Source of the DNA: Diadema antillarum
Lineage: Eukaryota
NCBI RefSeq assembly: GCF_040938485.1
Contig: NW_027271045.1
Span: forward strand, 744,001-808,000
Length of the DNA stretch: 64,000 nucleotides
Direction: 5' to 3'
Position 1 is the first letter of the stretch; every line of letters begins with the position of its first letter. Below the pieces are notes generated by a model. The model worked only from the letters and a program-made list of their open reading frames with translations. It ran no database searches and was not told the origin of the DNA. The translations under genes were made by a program, and so were the position numbers. Of this stretch, positions 1-10,674 are shown piece by piece.

Positions 1-1212
1 ACTATAAGGTTTGTTCAAATATGATGCGACAAACCCCCTGACATTTTTAGTGTTCAGATATGGTGCGCCGAACCACGCCACTTTCATTATGTTTATGAAT
101 GCACACGACTCAAAAAAAAAAATAAGATAAAGATAAACTCATGACATTGTATCTTCACTTACTTTTGAGCTTGATTGCACCATAACTTCTTGCCACTGTG
201 TGGCAAAATATATTCCTCTTGCCTCAGTGTTTTTGTTTTGTTTTGTTGCATTTTGATCTGTTTATTTGTTTTTTACCATCTCATATCGCATTCATTTGTG
301 CACTAAAATGTTGCCGGAGTTTGACTCATCATATCTGAACAAGCCTTTATGAGTCATTTTGGACAGGCAATTAGAACTCACAGTACTTTGGTATTCTGAA
401 AATGAAATTGATTTTTACGAGTTTAATTGATTTTGCATTTTCTACTTTCTATGATCTGTTTTTGTATTAGAAAAGAAATTAGAGGTCAAGGGAAATTTTC
501 TGTTTTTTTTTTTGTGTTGTTGGACTATGTAATTTATTAAGATCACTTGCTTTTCCATGTTTCACAGGTTAACTTTTTTTTTGGATGTTGTGAATATTTT
601 TGCGCACTTGCCTTTGTCAGGGTTATGTCCTGATGTCGACGAGAACTTTACTCATGAATGCTTCAAAGTCGATCCTTGAACTTTAAAGATTGTCTTCCCC
701 ATATGTAGGCTGAAATTTTGAAGTTGCTTTTTGATCAGTCACGAATAAGAGAAAAGTGATAAATTTCAAAGCTTCTTTAAGAAAAAATTAGGTATAAGTG
801 AGTTTTAATTGTGAAATTATAGTGATCTTTAAGTAAAATGGAATAAGATCCATTTATTATCCTCTGCCAAGAAGTGGTGCCTGAATTGTTATGGTTTTGA
901 GTAGTCCATCCCTCCGTGTGTGTGATAGCTTGAAATCTGTTAAAATAATCATAAATGTGAATAAAATGTGTTAAGCCTATGTATGACTGAGTCTATCAAA
1001 TTGCATTATGGAATCGAAATAAAGGTCACAGTCAAATTTGTCTAGTTTTTCTTTGTAATAGATTCATACAATGTCTGTCTGTTTTTCATTGTTTCCTTAC
1101 ATTTTCAGCCTGATGCTAGTTTTGATCACCACTTGAAGAGGGAAAGCAGAAGAAGATGCAGCTCTTGATGCAGCTTGCTTGCTTGAAGATCAGAAGATGC
1201 AGCTTGCTTGAC

Positions 1213-1436
1213 AGAGGACGTCAGAAGAATAACATACATGTGTACCAATATTACTTCATTGTTGACCACTTGGTACTACCCTGCCCTGGTGATATCATTC
1301 AGAGTGCCTTCGACACATTGTTCAAAGCACATTAAATATGTGTTTTGTCTACGGTATGCAAAACCTCTCATCAACCTTTGGACATTTGGAATTACCCCGA
1401 GTCCGTGAACCGAGATCTAAACTTTCAAATAGATAA
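1213..1436 (+). pseudogene. Decayed C-terminal part of a SAMD3-like accessory ORF of the type carried by animal EnSpm/CACTA elements
   Basis: Stitching frames gives GRQKNNIHVYQYYFIVDHLVLPCPGDIIQSAFDTLFKAH / YVFCLRYAKPLINLWTF ... RVREPRSKL. A 4-bp insertion (TAAA) after AH breaks the frame. This resembles the 'YYIVID..IPC....AFD.LFK.H.VF...Y...L.NF.TF...SPRVRELR' motif recalled from SAMD3-like transposon proteins. Family name is from memory only. Confidence 0.6.
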
Positions 1437-1443
1437 TGAAGTG

Positions 1444-1731
1444 ATGTATTCTTTAGGAGTTCCCACTGAAACTGCTTTTTTTCACTGTTTGCCATACGAA
1501 CATGGACTGAGTGATGGACAAACAATAAATTTCGCCCAGGGGGCCTGTGTACGGACATAATTTGATTCGTTCAGTGGTTTTAGAAGATACTTGAAGAATC
1601 ATCATTGTGACAATGAAACTGTGAAGATACTCCAAGTCCAGTTCTATGGAGGAACCGAGATAGAGACTGATGATACAAATTGTATACAGTTGATGAAGCA
1701 GTACTCTCCATTAGTCGATGACAGTTTTTGA
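1444..1731 (+). pseudogene. Decayed N-terminal C2H2 zinc-finger region of a putative CACTA/EnSpm transposase
   Basis: MYSLG...FFHCLPYEHGLSDGQTINFAQGACVRT*FDSFSGFRRYLKNHH: a degenerate C-x4-C...F..F..FRR.L...H finger with an in-frame stop, directly after the SAMD3-like remnant. Confidence 0.45.
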
Positions 1732-1874
1732 TGAGGAGGTGATTACCTTTAGTCAAGAGGACATTGAACAACGACCTTGTAATTTTTACATGTCCTAGTT
1801 TACATGTGTCAGTATGGAGTAATGCATTACCATGGTAACATCAAATTTTCATGAAGATTACAAATACAGAATGT

Positions 1875-2930
1875 GGATCAAGCTACTCAATTTTAAATCA
1901 ATTCTGTTGAAATTCGATTGTCCAGAAATCTGTTGCCATGGCAATTGCAGTTTTTAAACAAATCATACAAAATTGTGTGGATCACGCTGCTCTCTTAGTT
2001 TCTTTTTTTTTAGCATTTAAATTTGAATTTGATACATATGGTCACTATGATAATATGTTATCGTGCAAGACACTTTTTGTGGGGGTCATAAATCCGTTTC
2101 CATGGCAACAGCATCTTCATACAAATCATCCACAAGTACGATGTGGATTCAGCTAACTTCCTCAGATTTTGAGCATTTGACTTTAAATTTGGCACATGTG
2201 ACCACTGTATTATGTACCTGTGCAAATTTTATTTTTCGTCATTGTCAAATAGTATGTTGTCAAGTTAATGGTATTTTGTAATGAGAATCGTATAAACTAC
2301 AAGTGGATTGAGCTTACTCTCTCAATTTTTAGCAATAACCTTGAGATATGACACCTATATATTGTGACAAGATAAATTCTAGATGTGCAAAACACTTTTC
2401 TCGTCAATGTTTTGCCATGCTAACTTATTTTTTTTTTTAATACAAAGCAATCGAAGATATTGTGATTGACTCATAACTCCCTCATGTTTTAGGCATTTGA
2501 CTTGAAATTTGGCACGTGACCACTGTAGTGCGCTGAATGTGCAAATGTCATCTTTTGTATCGGTCAAAGAAAGTGTTATCATGGCAGTGACATTTTTAAA
2601 TTAAAAACTTACACAACAGTTGATTATGCAATCTCCCTCAGTTTCTGAGCATCTGGCCTGAAATATTGAACAGAGTGCTAATGTAATGGCAACCATCTTT
2701 TAAAATGAAAATCAAACAAAAAATACTGTGAATTGGGTGAGCTCCCTCAGTTTTCTAGCATTTGACTTGAGGTTTCGCTCATGTAACCAGTGTAATCTTA
2801 AAATGAGTCGCACACTGATCTCACTGTTGAGTAATCTTGCTTTGGTAACAACTTTTGTTACATTGTACTTTTTTTTTCAACAAAAGGCATACAAGAATAT
2901 CATGAATTGAGCTAACTCTCTAAGTTTTAG
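1875..2930. repeat. Degenerate tandem array, unit about 115-170 bp
   Basis: Recurring core GAGCTAACTCCCTCAGTTTT..GCATTTGACTTGAAATTTGGCAC..GTGACCACTGTA near 2150, 2310, 2475, 2630, 2740 and 2910. Confidence 0.6.
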
Positions 2931-3609
2931 GTGGGGGTATCAATTACATCCAGTTCGAGTTGAAAATATTGGCCCAAGAAGGCCTTATGTGTGTCATTTG
3001 AATATTCAAATGATCCGAATTTCACATGCTTGTATCATCACTTGCAATAGCATTGATCAAAAGAAAGAGTATAATCTTTTTTTTTATGTTAACATTTTAC
3101 AACCAGACTGGATGATCTATGTTGAATATTTGAATTACACAGCTGAGTAGGCAATTCAATTTGAACATTTGAATGATAGAGCCAAGAAGATATAATACTA
3201 GTATCAATTTCATTTGAAAATTCAACTTGATAGTGCCAAGAAGGCCAAAGGTATTCAGAGTGAGTATTTAAATTTGATATTTTAGCCTACAATAGCCATA
3301 ATGTATCTCATTTGTATAGATAGTCAAAGAACCAACTGACAGGGTCAAAGGTATTCCATTTTGATACTTATATTGTAGAGATGAGGCTTTCATTACATGT
3401 AATAGAATTATTGTGTTTTGTTGTGACAGACAGAATTTATTAAATATTTTGATCAACCTAGTTGCACGTGACTGTCTTTCACCTACTTACATTACTGTGT
3501 TATTTTGTGCGATTGAATGTGGAGAGTGTGAAATGATGTCGAGGTATCGACACTTCAAATTGTTAATAAGTTGGCATCACTTGGAATTTATTTCTCACCC
3601 TGAAGCGTT

Positions 3610-4095
3610 GAATCAACACTTCTGTGGTGTCAAATAAACACCAAATAATGCAAACTTATAACACTTTGAAGTGTTAGAATAACACCATGACAGGTGTTGG
3701 GGTATAGATTCTAACAACAGATAGTGTTGAAGTTACACCGTCATTGGTGTTAAAGGGTGTCAAAAGAACACCAAAGTGGTGTCAACTTATCAATAATCTA
3801 AGCAACACCAAAGCTGGTGTTGGTATATTTTAACACCACGGGTGTTGAACTTACACCATAACTGGTGTTGGGATGTCAAATGAACACCATTATGGTGTCA
3901 ACTTCTTAACACTCTCTTAAGTGTTGAAAAAACACCGAGGCTGGTGTTGGTATATTTTTACACCCTTTAACACCCATGGGTGTTGGATATTTTAACACCA
4001 GAGACGGTGTTACTTCAACACCAGATGGTGTGGTCCTTTATTGAAGTTCGGCCGGTGTTAGATTCAACACCAGTGGTGTTAAATCTAACACCACT
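3610..4095. repeat. Subterminal array of AACACC/GGTGTT short inverted motifs
   Basis: About 30 copies seen by eye, often as AACACC-N4..7-GGTGTT mini-hairpins. Typical of CACTA subterminal repeats. Confidence 0.8.
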
Positions 4096-6841
4096 GTTTT
4101 TGCAGTGTAAATTTCCAACACAAAGGCATTCCGCCAATTTTCTGGGTCCAATATTGAAATAAAATCTTCCATGACATTTGTTCCTCAGAAAAATACTTCT
4201 TAAACCATGATAAACGGAGAGATAAACATTTTGAAAGCAAATCGACCATTTTAAGTCCTCCTCCTGTTTCTGGGTTGCAGCATACGGTGCGTTTTACCTT
4301 TTCCCGTTTGGAATTCCATAAAAAAGAATACAGTAATCTATTTACTGACCTAATGATCTTTAAGGGCACAGGTACTGCTGTAGCTGTGTATACTAACTGA
4401 GATGTAACTAATTGTTTGATAATGGTCACCTTTCCATACAATGTCAAATTTCTCATTCTCCATAAATCTAGTGTATTTTTTATTTTCCCTATTTTGCCTT
4501 CCCAGTTAAGGTCTTCAACTTCTTTATAGCATTTCCCAACATATATACCGAGACATTTTATGGCGTCTTCTGTGAGATTTAATTCTCCAATAGTTTCAAT
4601 ATCTAAGTTCAGTCTCATCATAAACTGAGATTTTGACCAATTAATTTTTGGGCCAGCATTTTCACCAAAAAATTCTATTTCTTTCATTACTTCTGTGAAG
4701 GAATCAACACAATCAACTAAAATTGTGGTATCGTCAGCAAATTGAATAATTCGAATATCGTTATACTCATTTTCCGATTCAATATTAGGTACTAAAATAC
4801 CTTTTATTTGAACATTCTGCTTTATCTTTGCTGCTAAAATTTCTGCAACAATGATAAACAAAAGAGCTGATAACGGACATCCTTGCCGCACACCTCTTTT
4901 AATAAAAAATTCTTCAGATATCCAACCATAATTCATTACTCTACCATTAGCATTACTATACAACGTTTTGATCCATCTAATGAAAGATTCTTTGAATCTT
5001 AGTTCCTTCAACAAACCAAACAAAAAATCATGATTAATAGTATCAAAACCTTTCTTGAAATCCAATGACATAATAATAGCGGGTGTTTCAGTACATTGAC
5101 AGTAATCAATTACATCCTGAACTGTCCGTATACACTCTGATGCAGAACGATTTTTCATAAAACCATATTGGTCCTCGGATATAATACAATGAATTATTTT
5201 TTTCAATCGGATTGTCAGAACACGAGCCGCCAACTTATAATCTATATTAAGCAACGAAATTGGTCGCCAATTATCTAATATGTTCTTATTACCTTTCTTA
5301 TACAAGAGTGTTAAAATGGCTTGACTTTGAGAAACAGACAATTCTTTTTTATCATGTCCCTGATTCAAGCTGTCTATTACCATCTGTTTCAGGTCTTCCC
5401 AGAAACATCTATAAAATTCTACACTAAGACCGTCACTGCCAGGTGACTTATTCAAATGCATAGATTTGAGTGCAAACCAGCATTCATTTTCTGTGAGCTT
5501 CCCCTCGCAGATGTTTGCATCTTCCTCACTTAATACATTAAAGTCTAAATTACGAGTGTAGTCTTTGATATCAGACTTGGAATCATCTTTTCCGTAAAGA
5601 CTGCTATAAAAATCATGTATTTTTTTCAAAATCTCTTCATCTTCTCTGAAAATCTTACCATCTATTTCAATACTATTTATTTCTTTTTTTTTACCCTTTG
5701 CTTTTTCAAGCTGAAAAAAATATCGAGATGACTTCTCTCCTGACTCAAGCCACCTTGCCCTTGATCTAACATATGCACCTTTACATTGATATTCATACCA
5801 TCTATCTATCTCATGTTTTAAACAATTAATCTTGTCTAAATCATAAATATTTTGGTCTTCATTAACACTCATACTCAATCTTTTATATTCTTCTTCGATG
5901 CTCCTGATATATTTCTTCTTCTTTTGTGACAACTCAGATGCATATCTAATACTGTATTCTTTTATTTTTATCTTACATATTTCCCATCTTAACTGAGCAT
6001 CAATTTTATCACACTCCATTTTAACCTTCTGAACAATATTCTTTATACCTTGTTTATATTTTTCATCTTTAAGTAATGAATTATTCAATTTCCAAAAACC
6101 CCTTCCTCTCTTTTTTGTTGTCACCCGAAGCTTCATTGTCACCGCATTGTGATCACATTTTAACACTGGTTTGATATCTAAGGAATGTACATACGGAGCG
6201 TATGCCCTGGAGACTAGCCAATAATCAAGGCGTGAGCATATACTGGGTGACAGGTGTCTCCACGTAAATTGCCTCCTCTCCGGGAATTTTTTTCTCCACA
6301 CATCTATTAAATTGTAACACTGCTGAAATTTAACAAAATATTTTTTTGGTAAATATATGTAAGACATTCCGTTTGTGTCTAACTTTTTATTTTGTACACA
6401 GTTCCAGTCTCCTCCTGCAATCATAATTTCACTTGGTTTCTTGATCTTTTTCACCCAGTTATGTAATGATGCGTAAAACGGCTCTTTTTCTGCGTTTTTC
6501 GCCGGAGCGTATACATTTAGGCAGAAATAAACAGAATCATAGCTTACAAATCTCAACGCAATGGCTCTACCGTCACCTTTGGAATGTGTCTCTATGACGT
6601 CAATTGGAAGGTCGTTTCTGATTAAAACAGCTACACCTTTTGAGTGTTTTGTTCCATGATCGTATATTCGGAAACCTTTCCATTCATTTGAAATTACTTT
6701 TTCTAATTCTCCTGATAAAAATGTTTCTTGTAAGAAAGCTATATCACATTTTTGACGTTTCAACCATAAGAATATTTTCTTCCGTTTGAATGTATCACAT
6801 ATTCCTCTTACATTTAAAGAGACAAAATGGAAACACTCCAT
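4085..6841 (-). CDS. L1/Tx1 ORF2: APE endonuclease + reverse transcriptase; native for 911 codons, then reads into the CACTA terminus
   Basis: EN motifs LNVRG, FLQET, GGDWN, RLDYWL, CDHN. RT motifs KSPGSDGL, NWRPISLLN, LDFKKGFD, GVRQGCPLS, QFADD. The C-terminal third expected for Tx1 ORF2 is missing beyond 4108. Confidence 0.95.
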   Translation of the reverse strand: MECFHFVSLNVRGICDTFKRKKIFLWLKRQKCDIAFLQETFLSGELEKVISNEWKGFRIYDHGTKHSKGVAVLIRNDLPIDVIETHSKGDGRAIALRFVSYDSVYFCLNVYAPAKNAEKEPFYASLHNWVKKIKKPSEIMIAGGDWNCVQNKKLDTNGMSYIYLPKKYFVKFQQCYNLIDVWRKKFPERRQFTWRHLSPSICSRLDYWLVSRAYAPYVHSLDIKPVLKCDHNAVTMKLRVTTKKRGRGFWKLNNSLLKDEKYKQGIKNIVQKVKMECDKIDAQLRWEICKIKIKEYSIRYASELSQKKKKYIRSIEEEYKRLSMSVNEDQNIYDLDKINCLKHEIDRWYEYQCKGAYVRSRARWLESGEKSSRYFFQLEKAKGKKKEINSIEIDGKIFREDEEILKKIHDFYSSLYGKDDSKSDIKDYTRNLDFNVLSEEDANICEGKLTENECWFALKSMHLNKSPGSDGLSVEFYRCFWEDLKQMVIDSLNQGHDKKELSVSQSQAILTLLYKKGNKNILDNWRPISLLNIDYKLAARVLTIRLKKIIHCIISEDQYGFMKNRSASECIRTVQDVIDYCQCTETPAIIMSLDFKKGFDTINHDFLFGLLKELRFKESFIRWIKTLYSNANGRVMNYGWISEEFFIKRGVRQGCPLSALLFIIVAEILAAKIKQNVQIKGILVPNIESENEYNDIRIIQFADDTTILVDCVDSFTEVMKEIEFFGENAGPKINWSKSQFMMRLNLDIETIGELNLTEDAIKCLGIYVGKCYKEVEDLNWEGKIGKIKNTLDLWRMRNLTLYGKVTIIKQLVTSQLVYTATAVPVPLKIIRSVNRLLYSFLWNSKREKVKRTVCCNPETGGGLKMVDLLSKCLSLRLSWFKKYFSEEQMSWKILFQYWTQKIGGMPLCWKFTLQKQWC

Positions 6842-8320
6842 CGCTCTTAATGAGATTACCTGTTTTCTAATTAATCACGATCAAATAATCTACTCACTTC
6901 TGCTTCTTCGTTGGTTTCATTTTCCTTTTTTTAGATTCCTTTGTCTTCCCAGCAGCCTTCGGAGGAGGAGTCTCCGGGGATAACGTGGAATCATCATTGT
7001 CGCTGTTCGTGTAGATACTGCATGTTTCATCATCACATTCTCCATCCGTTTGCTGTTCTCTCTTCTCGTCATCACGCGGCGTGCTTTCACTGATCTTTGC
7101 CTGTGATCGCGTGCGATATGATGCTTCACATGCCGTACCAGATGCTCCTGCACTACATGAGGCTGATCGCGTTCTCGACGGTGATCGAAGATCGATGGCC
7201 TCAGATCTTTCGGGATCGTTGGTCTGCAATGGTTGTTGCACAAGCTTCGTGATGAAATCAGCGAGACGAGTTTGTCGCGTCTTGGTGCTTTGACTCGCAG
7301 TCTCGATGGGGTGTGTTGGACCGGTACTTTCGGAGTTCTCACGTGCCGTAGGTTGTCGCGGTGGTGAGGCGTCGGGCGTTGCTATGTGATTGTGTAGTGC
7401 CGGGTTCTGTGGACACTCGTTCCTTTTGTGGCCGGTGATTCTGCAAAGCTGGCATTTCACCTCGTTATGGCAGCTGGATACATGGTGTCCCGATTCAAGG
7501 CATCTGGAGCATGTTACCGGACCAGCTGCACTAGATTGCTCGGGTTGTCCTGGATGGTATACACGTCCCATGAAGTTGTTTCCAAATAACAATTTCCGTG
7601 GTAGTGGCTGTGAGGGTGGGGTGATGTAGAGTACCCGATCACCATTCAGACAGTTGGTCAGTTGACCGTTTACTCTCAGTTTTTGGCGATTGATGTCCCC
7701 TTGGATCTGGCATTTTTGGTTTTCTATCTTGCTACGGATGACTTCGTCGCTGACAGACAACGGGATGTCTTTGATGGTCACTCTGGTCAGGTTCTCATCC
7801 TTTGACCTCGTGAATGGGTTCACGTCGTATACAGCGGCGTTTGCTCCCCGAATGACAAGCCCATTGGATATCAGTTTCACGCGGTCCTCATGGGAGTTCA
7901 GATAGATCCGCCATAGACGGCGAATTTGCTGGATTCCCAGGATGCTGTCCGTGCTGACAGTTCTTTCCAAGGCGACATATATTTCCTCACCTGTACAATG
8001 TTTCTTGTCATTGTTCCTGATGTCGTCTGTGCGTAGGAAAACCGGCTTGGGCCCTGTCGTATGTATGTCTGGGCGTGGCGTCGCTTTCTGGACATACATA
8101 TTGCATGCACCTTCGCCAGTTAACTTCCCACAGAAGATGTCAAGAAGCACAGTCTGTTAGTCCTCAAAAACAGGATAGTTTATAGCACTTTTCCAAATCA
8201 CTTATATGGTCCAAAGATGACAATAGGATGGATTTCCTTGTTGGCGATATTTCAAGATATTAAATCCCAAACGGAGAGGACGCAAAAAAACGTCTTGACG
8301 TATCTGCTAGCGCCCTCTAT
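4108..8320 (-). mobile_element. L1-clade (Tx1-like) non-LTR retrotransposon; 5' end present, 3' part interrupted
   Basis: About 220 bp 5' UTR, ORF1 with two CCHC knuckles, a 52-bp spacer, then ORF2 with APE endonuclease and RT. No internal stops or frameshifts over ~3.9 kb of ORFs. Confidence 0.93.
6894..8099 (-). CDS. L1/Tx1 ORF1 (gag-like nucleic-acid-binding protein)
   Basis: First ATG at 8099 (MYVQKA...). Zinc knuckles CSRCLESGHHVSSC and CQLCRITGHKRNEC. Low-complexity Ser/Thr/Pro and basic C-terminus. Confidence 0.9.
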   Translation of the reverse strand: MYVQKATPRPDIHTTGPKPVFLRTDDIRNNDKKHCTGEEIYVALERTVSTDSILGIQQIRRLWRIYLNSHEDRVKLISNGLVIRGANAAVYDVNPFTRSKDENLTRVTIKDIPLSVSDEVIRSKIENQKCQIQGDINRQKLRVNGQLTNCLNGDRVLYITPPSQPLPRKLLFGNNFMGRVYHPGQPEQSSAAGPVTCSRCLESGHHVSSCHNEVKCQLCRITGHKRNECPQNPALHNHIATPDASPPRQPTARENSESTGPTHPIETASQSTKTRQTRLADFITKLVQQPLQTNDPERSEAIDLRSPSRTRSASCSAGASGTACEASYRTRSQAKISESTPRDDEKREQQTDGECDDETCSIYTNSDNDDSTLSPETPPPKAAGKTKESKKRKMKPTKKQK

Positions 8321-8444
8321 CCTCAAATTGAACTTTTGATTAGCGAGGAAAACAACAACAACAGACTTACAATGTAAATCGAATTTTATATCCTCCATCT
8401 AGGTGACTGCTTGGCCTTATGGGTTTAGGTTTAAGAACACTGTC

Positions 8445-8534
8445 GGTACCCTTTGGTTATACAGCAAATTTCGTCTCCCCTCCCTGGTTAGACAGTCTAC
8501 CGGGGAGGACTGGCGAGACGAAACAAGGGGTACC
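8445..8534. repeat. About 90-bp imperfect palindrome (hairpin), probably a small MITE or TE end
   Basis: GGTACCCTTTG...TTTCGTCTC..CCTCCCTGGT TAGAC A GTCTA CCGGGGAGG..GAGACGAAA CAAGGGGTACC: nested inverted arms around TAGACAGTCTA. Confidence 0.6.
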
Positions 8535-8690
8535 TCCTTGTCTACTGGTAATTGTCACTATCAATGAGTTCGTCTTCGCAGCAATGTCTCAATTAACATT
8601 ATACATTTACAGCTGTATATCATTTGCTTATACTATACACGGTTTGTTTATCTCAATGATTATCAAGTAGTTAGTTATGTGTACTTGATA

Positions 8691-8820
8691 NNNNNNNNNN
8701 NNNNNNNNNNNNNNNNNNNNNNNNNNNNNNNNNNNNNNNNNNNNNNNNNNNNNNNNNNNNNNNNNNNNNNNNNNNNNNNNNNNNNNNNNNNNNNNNNNNN
8801 NNNNNNNNNNNNNNNNNNNN
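8691..8820. other. Assembly gap (130 N)
   Basis: Run of n. Confidence 1.
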
Positions 8821-9074
8821 TTATATTCATATCATTATGCACCCGACGTGTGACACATCTGCAGTCTCTCAATTTTTAACTTATTCTAGTAATATTTGTA
8901 AATTTAACTGAGCCTGTACAGTTCCGAATAAAATAATCATTTCTTTGAAGAGTAATCAAAAGGGCAGTCATTGTTATTATTCTTCTTATTATTATTATCA
9001 TTATCGTTATAATTATTATACTTCGTTATTCTGTCCTCAAAATTAAAAATTCTCTTTTGACATTATCTCTGCAG

Positions 9075-10674
9075 TGTCCCATGCCCTCTGCCGTATTCCT
9101 GGTCTACCGACTGGTGGTGACGTTGTACCTGTTCGGCTATTTCCTCTATAACTTCATTCTGTCGGTGCGACCCGGAGGGCCGTTTGGAGGCTACTATTTT
9201 ATCTACCTGACCAACTGGGGGTTCATCATTTTGCTTGCATACCTTTTCTGCGCCCTTTGGAATCTCATCGTTTTTATGGTGTGCCAGAGAAACGACAGAA
9301 ATATCGATGAAGGTGAGGCTATACTGCAGTTTAATGCCTGCAGTTTGTACGCGGTTGCTTCGTATACATTAATCGCTTTTATTGTAGTTACTTTTCTTTT
9401 CTGGAGAATGGATCATCATTGTACTATACGATTCTAGCGAGGACAATTAATGCCATATCCTCAAAAAAAAATGTTCACATTATATAATTTCGAATTTAAA
9501 AATCAGACATCTATACAGAACAAACTTGTAAATATTGAGAGTCAATGTAATCACATCTTAAATTGAATTTCAAAGGGGGGGGGGGACAGACAAAATAGAC
9601 TATACTTATACCCGCGTTTCCTGCCTGCCCTGTTTCGCGCAGCAAGCATAGCATGCGTTCTGTGCAACGGACGAGACAAAGTACTAGAATTCCAATTTAT
9701 TGCCCACTAAATTACACGCAAAATCCCACCGACTTTCGTCAGCAGGCAATATAACATTTTCTGCCCGCAATTTTGTTTGCTTGCCAAAGTGCGGCAAAAA
9801 GAATAAATGTAAGAAAAAAAAAAAACAAATACTAAGCTCAGCTGTCTGATATGGTTAATGATGCAAAACGAATAAACTGTAGTCATCACGATTATAGTCG
9901 ATTAGAGTAACAACTCAGAAGTAAACATTGCTGGTATATTGCAAATTAATGTAGAATACTCGAATACGAGAAATTTAAAGGATTTTTTTAAAATCATGTT
10001 TCACTGAAGGAAACTTGGTAAATATTGTGTGCAGGCTTATGGGAGACCCTAAAGGCAATGGCGATTGCCAACTCAAGCAACTCTTACAAAATTGTTTCTA
10101 ACGTGATGCACAAAAGAAATGAACATCATGTTTGAAACTTCTCGCAGATATCCCATGGTATTTCTTCCAACGTGGACAGTGGTTTCTCTTCAACATTTAC
10201 GCTACGTCGAGCATCCTTATTTCTGTCTTGTACTGGGGCGCCATCCACGTTCCCGGGGCTGTCGGTCTGTACTACGACATCAACTTCCACCTCTTGAACG
10301 GACTTGTGGCGTTGGTCGAAATCTTTTTGACGGCAACGGTTGTGCGTGTGCTGCATTTCATCTACCCATTCTGTCTCGGCGTCGCCTTCGTCGCATTCTC
10401 GGGTATCTACTGGGCGGCGATGGGAACGGATGAAGAGGGCAATCGATACATCTACCCGATACTCGATTACTCGGACAGGGCAGCACTGGCCTCAGGAGCA
10501 GCTGTCGGAGCCTGCTTCGCGGTAATTTTGATTCACGTATTGGTGGTCTGGGGATTCCACAAGCTCAAGCTACTTTTGGTCTCTAAACTGTGTCCATCGT
10601 GCTCGCCAAATGTTAGCGCAGATTCAGACGTCGGACAAGAGATGGCTGCCAGCAACTCCTCCAACAATGCTTAA
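9075..10674 (+). CDS. rost: Rolling stone-like multipass membrane protein, paralog 1 (exons 9075-9312 and 10148-10674; first exon not found)
   Basis: Acceptor ctgcag|9075 (phase 0), donor 9312|gtgagg (phase 1), acceptor cgcag|10148 with matching phase, stop at 10672-10674. Motifs YR...YFIYLTNWG, QWFLFNI, VLYW, FHLLNG, HFIYP, IYWA...G...YIYPILDY are characteristic of rolling stone family proteins. Confidence 0.85.

Larger units (their letters stand above)
1..4107. mobile_element. CACTA/EnSpm-like DNA transposon, non-autonomous and decayed; left end outside the window
   Basis: Right terminus ...TTTTTGCAGTG at 4107 (reverse complement CACTGCAAAAA) followed by TA. Dense subterminal array of AACACC/GGTGTT motifs in alternating orientation at ~3610-4095. 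Transposon-type coding remnants at 1213-1731. The terminus falls exactly where L1 ORF2 homology stops. Confidence 0.65.

Noticed and set aside
620-790. Exon-like segment that might encode a SAM domain of the CACTA accessory gene
   Set aside because: Stops occur in all three frames and similarity is too weak to support.
6917-8160. Alternative-frame and antisense ORFs within L1 ORF1
   Set aside because: By-products of a GC-richer coding region; no recognisable motifs.
8675-8879. ORFs spanning N runs (also 27138-27606)
   Set aside because: Artefacts of assembly gaps.
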